From: Octopus sinensis
Taxonomy: Eukaryota
Assembly: GCF_006345805.1 (NCBI RefSeq)
Contig: NC_043000.1
Location: forward strand, 95,542,001 to 95,606,000
Reading direction: 5' to 3'
DNA length: 64,000 nt
Part shown: piece after piece, positions 40,165-53,124 of the stretch
How the letters are laid out: each line of letters opens with the position of its first letter
Numbering within the stretch: position 1 is the stretch's first letter
Position numbers and translations under genes: made by a program
Notes under the pieces: model-generated
Databases searched by the model: none
Told to the model about the DNA's origin: nothing
The model's input: the letters and a program-made list of their open reading frames with translations, nothing else

Positions 40165-41556
40165 TATATATATTTAAATCATAACAGCTTTTCACGATAC
40201 CGGTATCAATTTAAATCTCTAACAATTCAAAATAACTACTTTTATACTTCTTAATTCTACCTTAGTTCATCTATTTCTATACATTTATCATTACCGTTCA
40301 TAAAAACCTTTTTATATATAATGTACATTTTCTCCTTTTATTTTTCCCTTATGTATATTATGTGTAGTCACTTTTCTCTTTGAAACATACTATATCTACT
40401 ACATATGCGGAAAATTGGTATGTGTTTGTGATGTTGTTAGCTAACACCTTGTACATCACTTTATTGAATTTGATGAAACTTGACATGTCAGTAGAACTCA
40501 TGTTTGGAAACCTTGTGAGATACTTAGATTGTTGAAAATATTGATAATACAGTCCCTGGAAGGGACCTTTATATCTACCACATACAACTACTTTTTTTAA
40601 ACACCCAAGGGAAATAACCTGTAGCACCTGTACAATATTTTTTTTAAACACTCAAGGGAAATAACCCATTTCATTGTTTATATTTGATTACTTTCAATGT
40701 TGATTTTTTGCGTGTCCTATTTCTAATTTTTGCAGACAATATCACTTTTATACTTCATTTAACGCATGAGTAGAATTTATGTCAGGAAACCTCGTAGCAT
40801 ACTTAGATTGTTGAAAAAAATCTATAATAATGCCCTTCCAATTGATCCTTCTGTCTATTACATATTACTAATATTTTATTTAAACAACCCAAGAGAAATA
40901 ACCTATACCACCTGCAGATTTTAGCTAAGCAATCAATAGTTGGTTCTCATGATCGGTCGACCTGATTCTGCATTTCACTACTCACAGTTTCCAACTGCTA
41001 AACATTATTATTGCACTTCCTTAATTTGAACCTTAAACATTAAAGACTTCATTCATACATTTCTATACATGCATTTTTTAATGCCCATTACTCCGATAAA
41101 ACTGCATTTTTACAGCTACACTTTTTCCATGAGAGTAGATTAATTTTTTTATTCCACAGTGTATTTGTAGTGGCTTCATGCAGGCATAGCATGGATTCGA
41201 TCCTTGATTGCCAAATTTCACTTAACACTTCAACACTGCTTTTCTCACGGTAAAACAATAATGTTTCTGTGAATGACAGAAGTTATACATTTCCCAGATG
41301 CCTTCACTAAACAGAATAATGTCGTGCCAACCTCCAATAACCTCTGACAATTTTTCTTTCGCACTAACCTCCAGAAACCTCTCGCGCTAACCTTCAACAA
41401 TCTCTCCCTACTCCAGCTGACAGTTTTTTGTACTTTTTTGTCAGGGAAAATACACCTTTTGTGGCAGTTATAGCAAAACTAATTTCTTATATCAGAGTAA
41501 TAAGGCATTTCAATAGAACATCTTTACCCCCAGGAATTACCGGGTACAATAGCTAG
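40165..41556 (+). mobile_element. Helitron-like element with internal diverged duplications
   Basis: 3' hairpin CCCAGG-AATTA-CCGGG then CTAG|T at 41553-41557. 5' boundary approximate. Confidence 0.62.
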
Positions 41557-41619
41557 TAATCATATATATATATATATATATATATGTATGAATGTGTGTT
41601 TTATATATATATATATATA

Positions 41620-41920
41620 TCACCGTGATCACCGTGAATGACTAGGCTATCAGATGTTGCTACACATCACTGGTCACAATGCACTTCACATTGTTTTAGC
41701 CTTCAAATGACGCCACCCCGCTGGCTAAGCGAGCAGGCCAACAGAAGAGTGAGAGAAAGTTGTGGCAAGAGTACAGCAGGGATCGCCACCACCTCCTGCT
41801 GGAGCCTTGTGGACCTTTAGGTGTTTTCACTCAATAAACACAACACCTGGTGTGGGAATCGAAACCACAAACCTACAACCGCGAGTCTGCTGCCTTAACC
41901 ACTGGTCCATTGCACCTCCA
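41620..41920 (-). mobile_element. tRNA-derived SINE (family A)
   Basis: TGGACCAGTGG A box and GGTTTCGATTCCC B box. Body matches 60600-60897. Confidence 0.82.
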
Positions 41921-41938
41921 CATATATATATAGATATG

Positions 41939-41985
<47 letters not shown>

Positions 41986-42289
41986 TATATATAATATATA
42001 TATATAATCATATCTATATATATGATCATATATATATTTATATAATCATCATCATCATCATCATCATCATCATTTAACGTCCGTTTTCCGCGCTAGCACG
42101 GGTTGGACGGTTTCGACCGGGGTCTGGGGAGCTCGGGACTGCCCCAGGCTCCAGTCTAGTTTGGCAGTGTTTCTACAGCTGGATGCCCTTCCTAACGCCA
42201 ACCACTCCGCGAGTGTAGTGTTGTTTTTTACGTGCCACCTGCACAGGTGCCAGAGGGGTCTGGCATCGGCCACGTTCGGATGGTGCTTT

Positions 42290-43752
42290 TATGGGGGGGG
42301 GCAGAAATATAGGGGAGCACCAGTGGGAGGGATGGTTCAGAGGAGGTACGAGGCAAGTAGAACGTAGGTTACCGAGAGAGGGGTAATGCATGGTGAAATA
42401 GCGTATTGAAGAGGGGGCTTCAAATAGTAGACACCTATAATGGTGGTGGGGCGGTGCAGAAATATAGGGGAGCACCAGTGGGAGGGGTGGTTCAGAGGAC
42501 AGGTTCTAGGCAAGTAGAACGTAGGATTCGAGAGAGGGGTAATGCATGTTAAATAGCGTATTGAAGAGGGGGGTTCAAAGAGTAGAACCCTATAATGGTG
42601 GTGGGGGGGTGCAGAAATATAGGGGAGCACCAGTGGGAGGGGTGGTTCAGAGGCAGGTTCTAGCAAGTGAACGTAGGATATCGAGAGAGGGGTAATGCAT
42701 GTGAAATAGCGTATTGAAGAGGGGGGTTCAAAGAGTAACACCTATAATGGTGGTGGGGGGTGCAGAAAATAGGGGAGCACCAGTGGGAGGGGTGGTTCAG
42801 AGACAAGTTCTAGGCAAGTAGAACGTAGGATATCGAGAGAGAGTAATTGCATGGTGAAATAGCGTATTGAAGAGGGGGGTTCAAAGAGTAGACACACTAT
42901 AATGGTTGTGGGGGGGGTGCAGAAATATAGGGGAACACCAGTGGGAGGGGTGGTTCAGAGGACAGGTTCTAGGCAAGTAGAACGTAGGATATCGAGAGAG
43001 GGGTAATGCATGGTGAAATAGCGTATTGAGAGGGGGGTTCAAAGAGTATACGACCTATATGGTGGGGGGGGTGCAATATAGGGGAGCACCAGTGGGAGGG
43101 GTGGTTCAGAGGACAGGTTCTAGGCAAGTAGAACGTAGGATATCGAGAGAGGGGTAATGCATGGTGAAATAGCGTATTGAAGAGGGGGGTTCAAAGAGTA
43201 GACACCATAATGGTGGTGGGGGGGTGCAGAAATATAGGGGAGCACCAGTGGGAGGGGTGGTTCAGAGGACAGGTTCTAGGCAAGTAGAACGTAGGATATC
43301 GAGAGAGGGGTAATGCCATGGTGAAATAGCGTATTGAAGAGGGGGGTTCAAAGAGTAGACCCCATAATGGTGGTGGGGGGTGCAGAATATAGGGGAGCAC
43401 CAGTGGGAGGGGTGGTTCAGAGGACAAGTTCTAGGCAAGTAGAACGTAGGATATCGAGAGAGAGGTAATGCATGGTGAAATAGCGTTTGAAGAGGGGGGT
43501 TCAAAGAGTAGACACCTATAATGGTGGTGGGGGGGTGCAGAAATATAGGGGAACACCAGTGGGAGGGGTGGTTCAGAGGACAGGTTCTAGGCAAGTAGAA
43601 CGTAGGATATCGAGAGAGGGTAAGCATGGTGAAATAGCGTATTGAAGAGGGGGGTTCAAAGAGAGACACCTATAATGGTGGTGGGGGGGTGCAGAAATAG
43701 AGGAGCACCAGTGGGAGGGGTGGTTCAGAGGACAGGTTCTAGGCAAGTAGAA
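42290..43752. repeat. Tandem array of a ~156-bp G-rich unit (~9.4 copies)
   Basis: The marker CAGTGGG recurs at 42321, 42476, 42631, 42781, 42939, 43090, 43246, 43401, 43557 and 43709. Copies differ mainly by small indels. One related copy at ~33640-33800. Confidence 0.95.
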
Positions 43753-43754
43753 AA

Positions 43755-44192
43755 TATATTATATATATATATCATATCTCTCTATATATATATATATATA
43801 TATAATCATATCTATATATATGATCATATATATATTTATATAATCATATATATATATATATATAATCATATCTATATATATGATCATATATTTATATAAT
43901 CATATTATATTTATATAATCATATATATATATAATATATTATATATATATATAATCATAATATAATCATATCCATATATGTATAATCATATATATATGTA
44001 TAAGTATATACATATATATCATATACATATATTATATAATCATATACATATATTATATAATCATAATCATATATATATATATATATAATCATATATATAA
44101 TCATATCCATATATGTATAATCATATATATATGTATAAGTATATACATATATAATCATATACATATATTATATAATCATATATATGTGTATA

Positions 44193-44236
<44 letters not shown>

Positions 44237-44310
44237 AGTGTGTGTATAATCATATACATGTATAATCATATATATATATGTGTGTTTATAATCATATATA
44301 CATATATAAT
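43755..44310. repeat. TA/ATC microsatellite
   Basis: (TATATAATCATA)-type units. Its start matches 41990-42050. Confidence 0.95.
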
Positions 44311-45224
44311 TGTTTTTTTGATAACATGATAGGTTATATTACAATATAACAATAACCAATAATATGTTGTGCAGGTATAGTAATATTACAATCATGAAAT
44401 TAGCATATCTCACTCTTTCTCACAGAACCTCTAGGATCTTTTTGCAGAACCCCAGGGTTCCAAGGAACCCCGGTTGAGAAACTCTGCCCTAAATGTAACT
44501 GATTAGAAAACTGAAGAAAATATCATAAAATGTATCATGCCACTCATCCATAGTTTTTAAAAGCCTAATTAATAACATCATAAAGGTATTTACAATTTGT
44601 CATAAAATAAATCTTTGATAAAGCAGCCCCTTACTAAAACAATGCCTTACAAGCCAGTAGATGCAAAGATGAAATTACCTATACTCCTAACTTCTCCATC
44701 CCATTAAGAAGCATCAAAATATCTTAATATTCACGGCTCTTATTTCACTAAATGCTAAGTCTAATATTGCCAAAACATTTATAATTTTTATCAATAAACA
44801 CTTCCCCACTGACCAGAAGCATAGAATGCTATTTCATAGACAATCTTAAATGAAATTAGGTGCACTGCTAATATGAATAACATATCCCATACACACAACA
44901 CAAAAGAACTGAGATCAACTGCTCATTTGAAAACACCAACACTTGCCTAATAAATACATCTTATAAAACAAAACAGAAATTTTATCAAATTTAAGTGATA
45001 ATTATTGTATGTATGCCATATTTCCAAAGTTACCCCATCATATGACAGGTAACACTCTAATATAGAATAAGGCATTCAGCTCAGATATACACTAAAACAC
45101 CAGCACCAATAGCAAAACTTATTGCCTTGATAATCTATTAGATCATTTTTAACAATGGTTTTATATATATTCATATATTTTTTAATGGTAACCCAGAAAA
45201 CATGAAATACTATATAACACTTAC

Positions 45225-45469
45225 CCCAGCACCAGTGAGAACCATTATTTTCTGTGAAGTCTTTAAAAGATGTACAACGTCATCAATAGTGTTGACATAA
45301 TTTAATTTCTGCCTTTTCGGTGGTTCTGATATAAAATTCACCAATAAACCCCATAGCGTCATTTCATCAAGATCAGGTGGGATAAATGTGTCCTGTGAAG
45401 TGATTTCTTTGAAGAGCATCCTGGGATCACGACCCATACTCATCTGCCGCTGTACCCAGTTCAATGGCC
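45225..45469 (-). CDS. SIRT1: SIRT1 exon, 245 nt: PLNWVQRQ...EPPKRQKL...KIMVLTGAG
   Basis: ttttatag acceptor and GTAAGT donor. Encodes the SIRT1 N-terminal helical region and the start of the NAD-binding GAG motif. Confidence 0.97.
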
Positions 45470-46846
45470 CTATAAAAAAATTGGTTTTTGTTTATGTTTA
45501 ATGTTTTGCTTATGTTTAATGGCAGGCACTAAATACTAAGTCTATGACAGATTTTTGTTGTATCAATTCAATTTCTCTTGACCCTACTTACAGGAAGCAA
45601 AAAAATACACCCAATACTGGCTGTCACAGATTATTCAGGCACAGCTTGCTATCTTACCTGCTCTTTCTTGGCCCTTTCCCTCTTCTTTTTATTGCTTTCT
45701 GGGACACATTCTGGCACTAACCTCACAGACCTATCAGAAGATACAGAATGTGTTCTATTAGTCTCTTTCACCTAACTGATATAGTATTCTACAAACAGGC
45801 CATCTCTGCTTTTTTTGATGTGATTTTATTAAGTTATATTGAAGGTTTTTTTGAGTGGGGTTTACATTTTTTTTTACAGACACCACTAGTACAAAACATC
45901 TGTCTCAGATACCTTCATTGTCTTCTCCTGTATCACATATGTCTAAGATATTGTCAGATAACATACTCGATGAATACAGACATAACACTGTTCTTCATAT
46001 ATAAGGCCATGTTTCTGGAAAGCTGTCACAAATACATTCCAAACACAATAAATTGAAATTAAAAAATAAACATGCCTGATCAAAGTAAAGGAAACATCAG
46101 ATATTATATCATCTTTATACCCACTTATGCATATTATGGTTCAACATAAAATTTATTACATTCATTAAAAAGTACCAAAAACTGAGAACAGTCAATTTTT
46201 TTTCTATCTAAAGACTGGTGGCTATGGTAGAAGTCACTTGCCCTAAGTACCGTACAGTCAGATTGAAACTGAAACTATGTTGTTACAAAGTGAACTTCAG
46301 GACAATCAACTGAAGAGTCAACAGTTCATGCCCAGACACTGACACTGATTTATGTCCACAACCTAGTTACTCAGCACTAAGTAGATGCTGTGAGTAGTTA
46401 TGGTAAGGGTAAAGACCCCCTTCAATCATGAATCACCATGGGATTATACATAGAAAGTTACCTTCCAAGTCCAGGCAAGATTGTTTATGGAAGACCAGCA
46501 GTTGCCAATACATACCAGCCTCTCCTCTCCATGCCACCAATGTTATCCAAGGGAAAGGCAAAGCTTGATACAGCTTGGTACCATGATGTCACAATTCATT
46601 TCTACTGCTGAGTGAACTTGAGCAACATGAAATAAAATGTCTTGCAATGCAAAAAATGCTTAGCTTTTTGGAAATGTAAGAACATCACAATCCATTCTGC
46701 TCTGTCCTACTTTGCAGGTCACAGTCCCCCATGCATACATGTAGAAGCCAACAGGAAAACCTCTTTAGTGTATCTTTTATTATTTAGACATCCTAACAAA
46801 ACAGCAAGTGACATAAAGAAATAAATGATTTTATATAGATCTTTAC

Positions 46847-46925
46847 CTGAGACAGGCCTCCATGCATCCTCGTCTAAAACTGACAGGTCACTGATTTCAC
46901 TAACATTATCAAAGTTATCTGCATT
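46847..46925 (-). CDS. SIRT1: SIRT1 exon, 79 nt: NADNFDNVSEISDLSVLDEDAWRPVSG
   Basis: ttacag acceptor and GTAAAG donor, phase 0 to 1. DAWRPVSG|PLNW parallels human DWTPRPRIG|PYTF. Confidence 0.88.
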
Positions 46926-47167
46926 CTGTAATGAAATTTAAAACGATAGAAATTAAGTGAAATGTTACTCCAAAAGTAAAATAAATATGTTACAAATATT
47001 AAAAAAAAAACCTTTACACAATGAAAGAGAAGTTAAGCAAAATATGTAAGCTGATGCCAATAAATAAAAACAAATAATATTTCAGGAAAGATTCCCCTTA
47101 TCAAATATAAGAAAGAAACTAATTCAAGAGTTCAGAGAAAAAAGTATTATTACTGGCAAATGCAAAA

Positions 47168-47393
47168 ATGTAACACAATAACATCTTCTGTTTCAGTCAT
47201 TAGACTGTGGCCATGCTGGGGCACCACCTTGAAGAATTTTCAGTTGAATGTATCGACCCCAGCATTTACTTTTTATAAGCATGTAACACAATAACATCTT
47301 CTGTTTCAGTCATTAGACTGTGGCCATGCTGGGGCACCACCTTGAAGAATTTTCAGTTGAATGTATCGACCCCAGCATTTACTTTTTATAAGC
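47168..47393. repeat. 113-bp tandem duplication of a SINE 3' end
   Basis: Identical unit starting at 47168 and 47281. Confidence 0.9.
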
Positions 47394-48451
47394 CCAGTAC
47401 TTATTCTACCAGGCTCTTTTGCCAAACCATTAAGTTATGGGAATGTAAACACACCAACACCAGTTGACAAGCAATGGTGTGGGACAAACACAAACACAGA
47501 GGTATATATATATATATGTATGCTCTCAAAAACATGAATGAATGTCAAAATAAGTATTTCTTTTGATTAAGTAGGAAGCAAAGAAAAGAAGGATTTTCGT
47601 AAACAAAAAGAAGAGTCATAGTTAAGAGGATCAACTCTTACACTGCCGATAGATTTAAATGATTTATTATTAAATTTTAAAATAAGGGTGGCGGATTAAT
47701 AGAATCAAGAGATAAGAGATAAAATGCCTCACAATATTTAGTTAAGCCAGTTTATGTTCTAACTTCAAATCTTGTGGGCTTTTACTCTGAACCTCAGAAA
47801 AGTAAAAGGCAAAGAAAATGTGTGGTCTTGTTTCATCATCACAATCATCTTAACGACCACTTTTCCATGCTTGCACAGGTCAGAGAGAATTTGTTGAGGC
47901 AGATTTTCTATAATCAGTGCCTTTCCTGTCACCAACCATCGTCTGTTTCCAAACAAGGTAATATTTCCACATGGCTGGACATGTTTTTTTTTACATAAGA
48001 CTGTAACTGAAAGACAGTTTCTGTGATGTGGATACTTGCTTACCACTACAGTGCAATGTCAAGACAAGAAGATACAAATACACATATACCCATGCATACA
48101 CACATGTACATTCATGCACACATACATACTCACACCTATGTGTGTGTATTTATATGATAGGCTTCTCTCAATTTCTGTTTACCAAACCCACTCACAAGGC
48201 TTTGTTTGAACTGGAACTATAGTAGAAGACATTCATTTCTACATTAGTAAACCATATTGAATCTCAAAAGAGAAACATTGTCCCTTGTCTTCCCAGGAGC
48301 TATTAGACTGGGGAATTGATATAACTGGGTGAGGTTAATGTGGTTTCGCATACAGTTTATATAGCTGAGACAGAGAAAATGTGACAAGAAAGGACATGCT
48401 CAGCCTCATTATGATTTGATCAAACTTCACTGTACTTGTCAAAGTAGTGAT

Positions 48452-51124
48452 CATCATCATCATTGTTCGACCGTGGTCGAGACAATGGAATTTACCATGC
48501 TACGCCAGACTTCATGGTCCATCATGGCATTACGGAGGTCCTGTTGCTGGATGCCTGTATCCCTGGAGATTACATCAGGGTAGGAGAGTGTGCGCCCTCT
48601 GGTATTGCGAGTAGATGGCTTCCAGAGGACAAGAGTAGAAATTACTTCTTTTTCAGCTCTACAACAATGTCCAGCAAACTGGACTCTCCTACCTTTCACA
48701 AGAGATGACACAGGTGGTAGTTTCTCATATATTTGCATTTTGGTTGGATGGCGCTTCCACGAGAGATTTTGAGCTCTCATAAGGAGGCGAGTGTAGGTAC
48801 CATCCAACCGCCTCTCAAGCTTCTTTGATAACGTCCAGGTTTCTGAGCCATATAGTAGAATTGGTTCGACTGTGGCTTTGAAGATTTCAAGTTTGAAGTC
48901 TCTACTTAGATTTGATGACCAGATCTTATGCATGTCATTACAGGCTGACCAGGCCATACCCTTTCTAGTTAGAAAGTCTTTTCCAGATGATGATATGTAT
49001 GACCAAAGATATTTATAATCAGAAACCATATTTAAGGGCGCATTGTTGAGAGTATGGATGATGCAATCACTGTTGGACAGGCACTTGTTTATGTATTCAG
49101 TTTTGGCCTCATTGAGGTAAAGACCTACACAATTTGAGGCTTGTTCAAGAGATTGTAAAAGAGACTGGGCATTGGAGAGAGAATCACTGATAAGAGCGAT
49201 GTCGTCAGCAAAGTCAGTGTCTGTCAAGTACTCAGCTGGGTGTCTGGAACTTCTTCTTGGTTTTATTTCAAAGCCCTTGCCAGAGATGGTATCAACTGAC
49301 ATACGTAGCACATAATCAACAACAATGATGAAAAGAAATGGGGCGAGTGTGTCTCCCTGCAGTATTCCGGCTTTGATTGAGAAAGATGATGTTTCTCCGT
49401 CAGGGGTTAAGATGGTTGAAGACGTATCTGTGTAGAGGACCTTGATGGCAGAAATGATTTTGTCTGGTATCCCATAGAGCTTAAGGATTTCAAACATCTT
49501 GTACCTATCTACAGAATCGAACGCTTTAGAAAAGTCTACAAATACCATTGCAAGATCGCGATTAAATGCTTTTGATTCTTCAATAAGTCTGCGTAGGCAT
49601 AGTATTTGGCTCAGCGTTGAGCGCCCATGTCTGAATCCATTTTGGTTCTTTCGGAGCAAAGGTTCAACAAAAAGGACAAGACGATTTAGGATCAGTTTGT
49701 CGTACAGTTTTGCAGCAATTGACATTAGAGATATACCCCTGTAGTTGGTGACGAGGGATAAATCGCCTTTTTTGGGTATTGGGATGATTTGAGATTGGTG
49801 CCAAATCTTTGGAGCGACAAAGGTGGAAAGTGTCTGGTTGCAGAGGTTGAGCAAAAGTGTGTGAAATCTATCATCCTTCCAAATTATAGCCGAGATGTTG
49901 TCGGGACCAAATGCTTTCGAGGCTTTTAGTTGCTTGGTGGCTGCTGTTAGTTCAAATATGGTAAAGGGGAAGGTGTTGATGTCCAGCATGTCTGATATAG
50001 GCACACTTGGAAGAGTGGGGTTATCAGGGATTTTGGCATTCTTCCCAAGGAGGTTTTTAAAATGGATTGACCAATTTTCTAAACGCTTCTTAGCTGATCC
50101 CCCTTTAATTCTAATTGATGACCCAGAATTTTTGCCTGATAGGTCTTTGATGGATTTCCAGGCAAGATGGTGTTTTTTACTAATGTGCTCTTTAGATAGT
50201 TTACTAATTTTGCCATTGATAAAGTCGACCTCGGCGTTCAAGTAAGCCTCATCAAGATTCTTCTTGGCAGCTAGGAGTTGGATCTTCAGTGACTGGGATG
50301 GAGAACGGTGGTAAGCTAGTGATATAGACTTTAGATGGTTTCTGGCTTCGATGACATTTGGGGAATTAAAAGGTTTGCTCTGGCCCCTACTCTTCCTTTT
50401 GGGAAGAGTAGCCAGTGCAACTTCCTCTGTTGATTTGATGAGGCTGCTGTATACTTCTTCAATGTTCTCAGCATCTATTTCAGAAGTAGACAAAGATTGA
50501 AATGTGTTATAGACCCCAATAGTAAATTGTTTGGACATATCGGGGTTAGATAAGACTTCCTCCCAGTCGATCGTTTTCATCGGGTGAGGCTTAGCTTTTT
50601 TGGATGAGCGAAGACTAAGCTTAACGGTAGCTGATACAATTCTGTGGTCAGAGCCGACAGAACTAAAGGAAGAGTAGGATCTCGAGTTTTTAACACTATT
50701 GTGCCATTTCTTTCTAAAGATGAGGTAGTCAATTTGTGCCCTATCACCAAGTGGGGACTCAAATGTCCAAAGTTGACCTTTTGGTTTCATAAAAGAATTG
50801 TTGGAGGTGTAGAGATTAAATTCTCTCCAAGAAGTCTTTGAGCATTTCTCCGTTCCGATTAGTTTTAGAGTTGAAAGTAAACTTGGTCTCATCGGGTCCT
50901 AGTCTAGCATTCAGATCACCAGCTATAACTAGAAAATTATGGAGAGGTACTTGCTCAATGGTTGAACGAAGGGTTGTATAAAAATTCTCAATCTCGTCTG
51001 CCACAGACGAATTATGTGGGCTATACACACACCAATGTTGTTTTCGGGTTTCCATCTATCTCAAGCACCATAATTCTAGGTGAGATTGACTCTATACTCA
51101 AGAGAGTATCACTGGCTTTTGATG
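48452..51124 (-). mobile_element. RTE-clade LINE, 5'-truncated (APE endonuclease + reverse transcriptase)
   Basis: 810-codon ORF with GILQGDTLAPFLF and FADD RT motifs. Upstream APE fragments (CVYSPHN, IAGDLNA) are offset by about 2 frameshifts. The stop runs into a (TGA)4 tail. TSD AAAGTAGTGAT at 48441-48451 and 51125-51135. Confidence 0.96.
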
Positions 51125-52917
51125 AAAGTAGTGATGGAAGAACCACTGACACTGCATGGCTTAGAAAAACGTAATCACTCTGAAAAACAAAATTTTCTTT
51201 TGTATGTCATCTCCCAGATGCCTTTGTAAACAATGTATCCAGTAATTTCTGTTCTTAAGAACTACATTTTTCTATAACTCCCTCATCACCACATTTTCCA
51301 TACTAACCTGTAACCCACAACTGGAAACTAAGCATTAACAGAACTATCTTTATCCAATTACTTATCTCTAACAATAAAAACCTATAAGCTACAAAGATTT
51401 ATAAAACTAGTTTTCAACTCCAGACTATATAACACCAATGTCTGAAAGACAAACTGTAAATACCAAATAGCTGAGCAGTTGAATTATCCAATCATAATGT
51501 AGACTAGATAGTTAAGTGGAAGGCAGGTTTATAAGCATTTGTTTTCTTTCTAGGATCTTCTGATAAGATGTAAATGCAAGACTCATCAGTCTTCCAGAAG
51601 ACACAGTAACCACTCTAGTGCTGGTGCCATCATAAAATGTATCTGGTGCACTCAGTGACGTTGTTAGCAAAAGATTGGAGACAATGTAGAGCACTGGTCT
51701 GTCACAGGATTACACACTTTTACTACAACACAAAATGAAGCGTTTTGCTCAAGAACACAACGCACTGCCCAGTCTGGGAATCAAAACCACAACCTTACAA
51801 TCACGAGTTCAAAACCCTAACCACAAAGTAATGCACCTTGACATTTTTTTCAGAAAATTAGTAACTCTGAATAAGGACTAAAACTGTGACAACCATCCAA
51901 TATATGGAAACTGATGATGATGATGAATTGATTGGTCTCTTTTGCCAAACCACTAAGTTATGAGGATGTAAACAAACCAACACCAGTTGTCAAGAGGTAG
52001 TAGGGAACAGACACATACATACATGCATACATACACACACAGGCACATACATATGCAAAGGCCTTCTTTCAGTTTCTATCTATCAAATCCACTCATGGGA
52101 CTTTGATCTGCTTAAGGCTATAAGTATGAAGACATTTACCTAAGGTGCTATGCAGTGGGACTGAACCTGGAATTGTGGTTGTTGAAGCAAGCTTCTTACA
52201 ACATAGCCATGTTTGTGCCTAAAAGTTAAAGGTTCTGGCAAGGATCAAGCCCTCAGCCTTCTACATGTAGAGCAGATGTGATAACCAATACACCATGGAA
52301 CCATTCATAATCTTTATTCTTTTACTGGTTTCAGTCATTTCAGTGTGGCAATGCTGGAGCACTGGTTTAAAAGTTTCTTTTTTTTGTCAAAGAAATCAAC
52401 CCCAGGACTTATTCTTTGTAAGCCTGGTATTTATTCTATCGGTATTTTTTGCCAAATTGCTATGTTACAGGGATGTAAGCACACCAACATCGGTTGTCAA
52501 GTGATGGTGGGAGGACAAACACACGCACAAAGATTTATATATATATCATCATCACCGTTTAACATCCGCTTTCCATGCTAGCATGGGTTGGACGATTTGA
52601 CAGGACTGGCGAACCAGATGGCTGCACCAGGCTCCAATCTGATCTGGCAGAGTTTCTACAGCTGGATGCCCTTCCTAACGCCAACCACTCTGAGAGTGTA
52701 GTGGGTGCTTTTACATGCCACCGGCACGAGGGCCAGTCAGATATATATATATATATATATATACATATATATAAACAATGGCTTCTTTCAGTTTCTATCT
52801 TTGAAATCCACTCACAAGGCTTGGTCGGCCTGTGGCTAAAGCAGAAGACACTTGCCCAAGATGCCATGCAGTGGGGCTGAACCTAGAACCAGCTTCTTAC
52901 TACACAGCTACACTTAA

Positions 52918-53124
52918 CCCTTTAGCATTCAGATTACTCTGTCAAATGTAATGCTTTTTATTCACATTGTTTTTAATTTGCATTATCTCATAGCTTCCAA
53001 TGATGAGATTATTTAATTTAAGAATGACATTATAGGTTATGTGTGAGAGGCCAGATCTGGCTGGTTTGAACATAAAATAGGTAGAATATTTAGGCCAGAT
53101 ATGTTCAGTTTAAATGCTAGAGGG
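52918..53124. mobile_element. piggyBac-type MITE
   Basis: TTAA|CCCTTTAGCATT...AATGCTAGAGGG|TTAA. A related copy lies at ~15185-15410. Confidence 0.85.

Larger units (their letters stand above)
32369..44486. mobile_element. hAT-type MITE whose ends enclose a ~12-kb nest of insertions
   Basis: TIRs CAGTGCTTCTCAGCC and GGTTGAGAAACTCTG. 8-bp TSD CACTAAAT (32361-32368) vs CCCTAAAT (44487-44494). An assembly gap lies inside. Confidence 0.7.

Noticed and set aside
42290-43752. Regular array as a possible CRISPR or coding repeat
   Set aside because: Whole units repeat with no unique spacers, the context is eukaryotic, and the consensus unit has stops in the frames I translated.
45658-45771. Candidate 114-nt cassette exon (AG...CAG|GTAAGA) in SIRT1
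   Set aside because: It is open only in phase 0, but the host intron is phase 1, where it hits TAA after three codons. More likely a transposon remnant.
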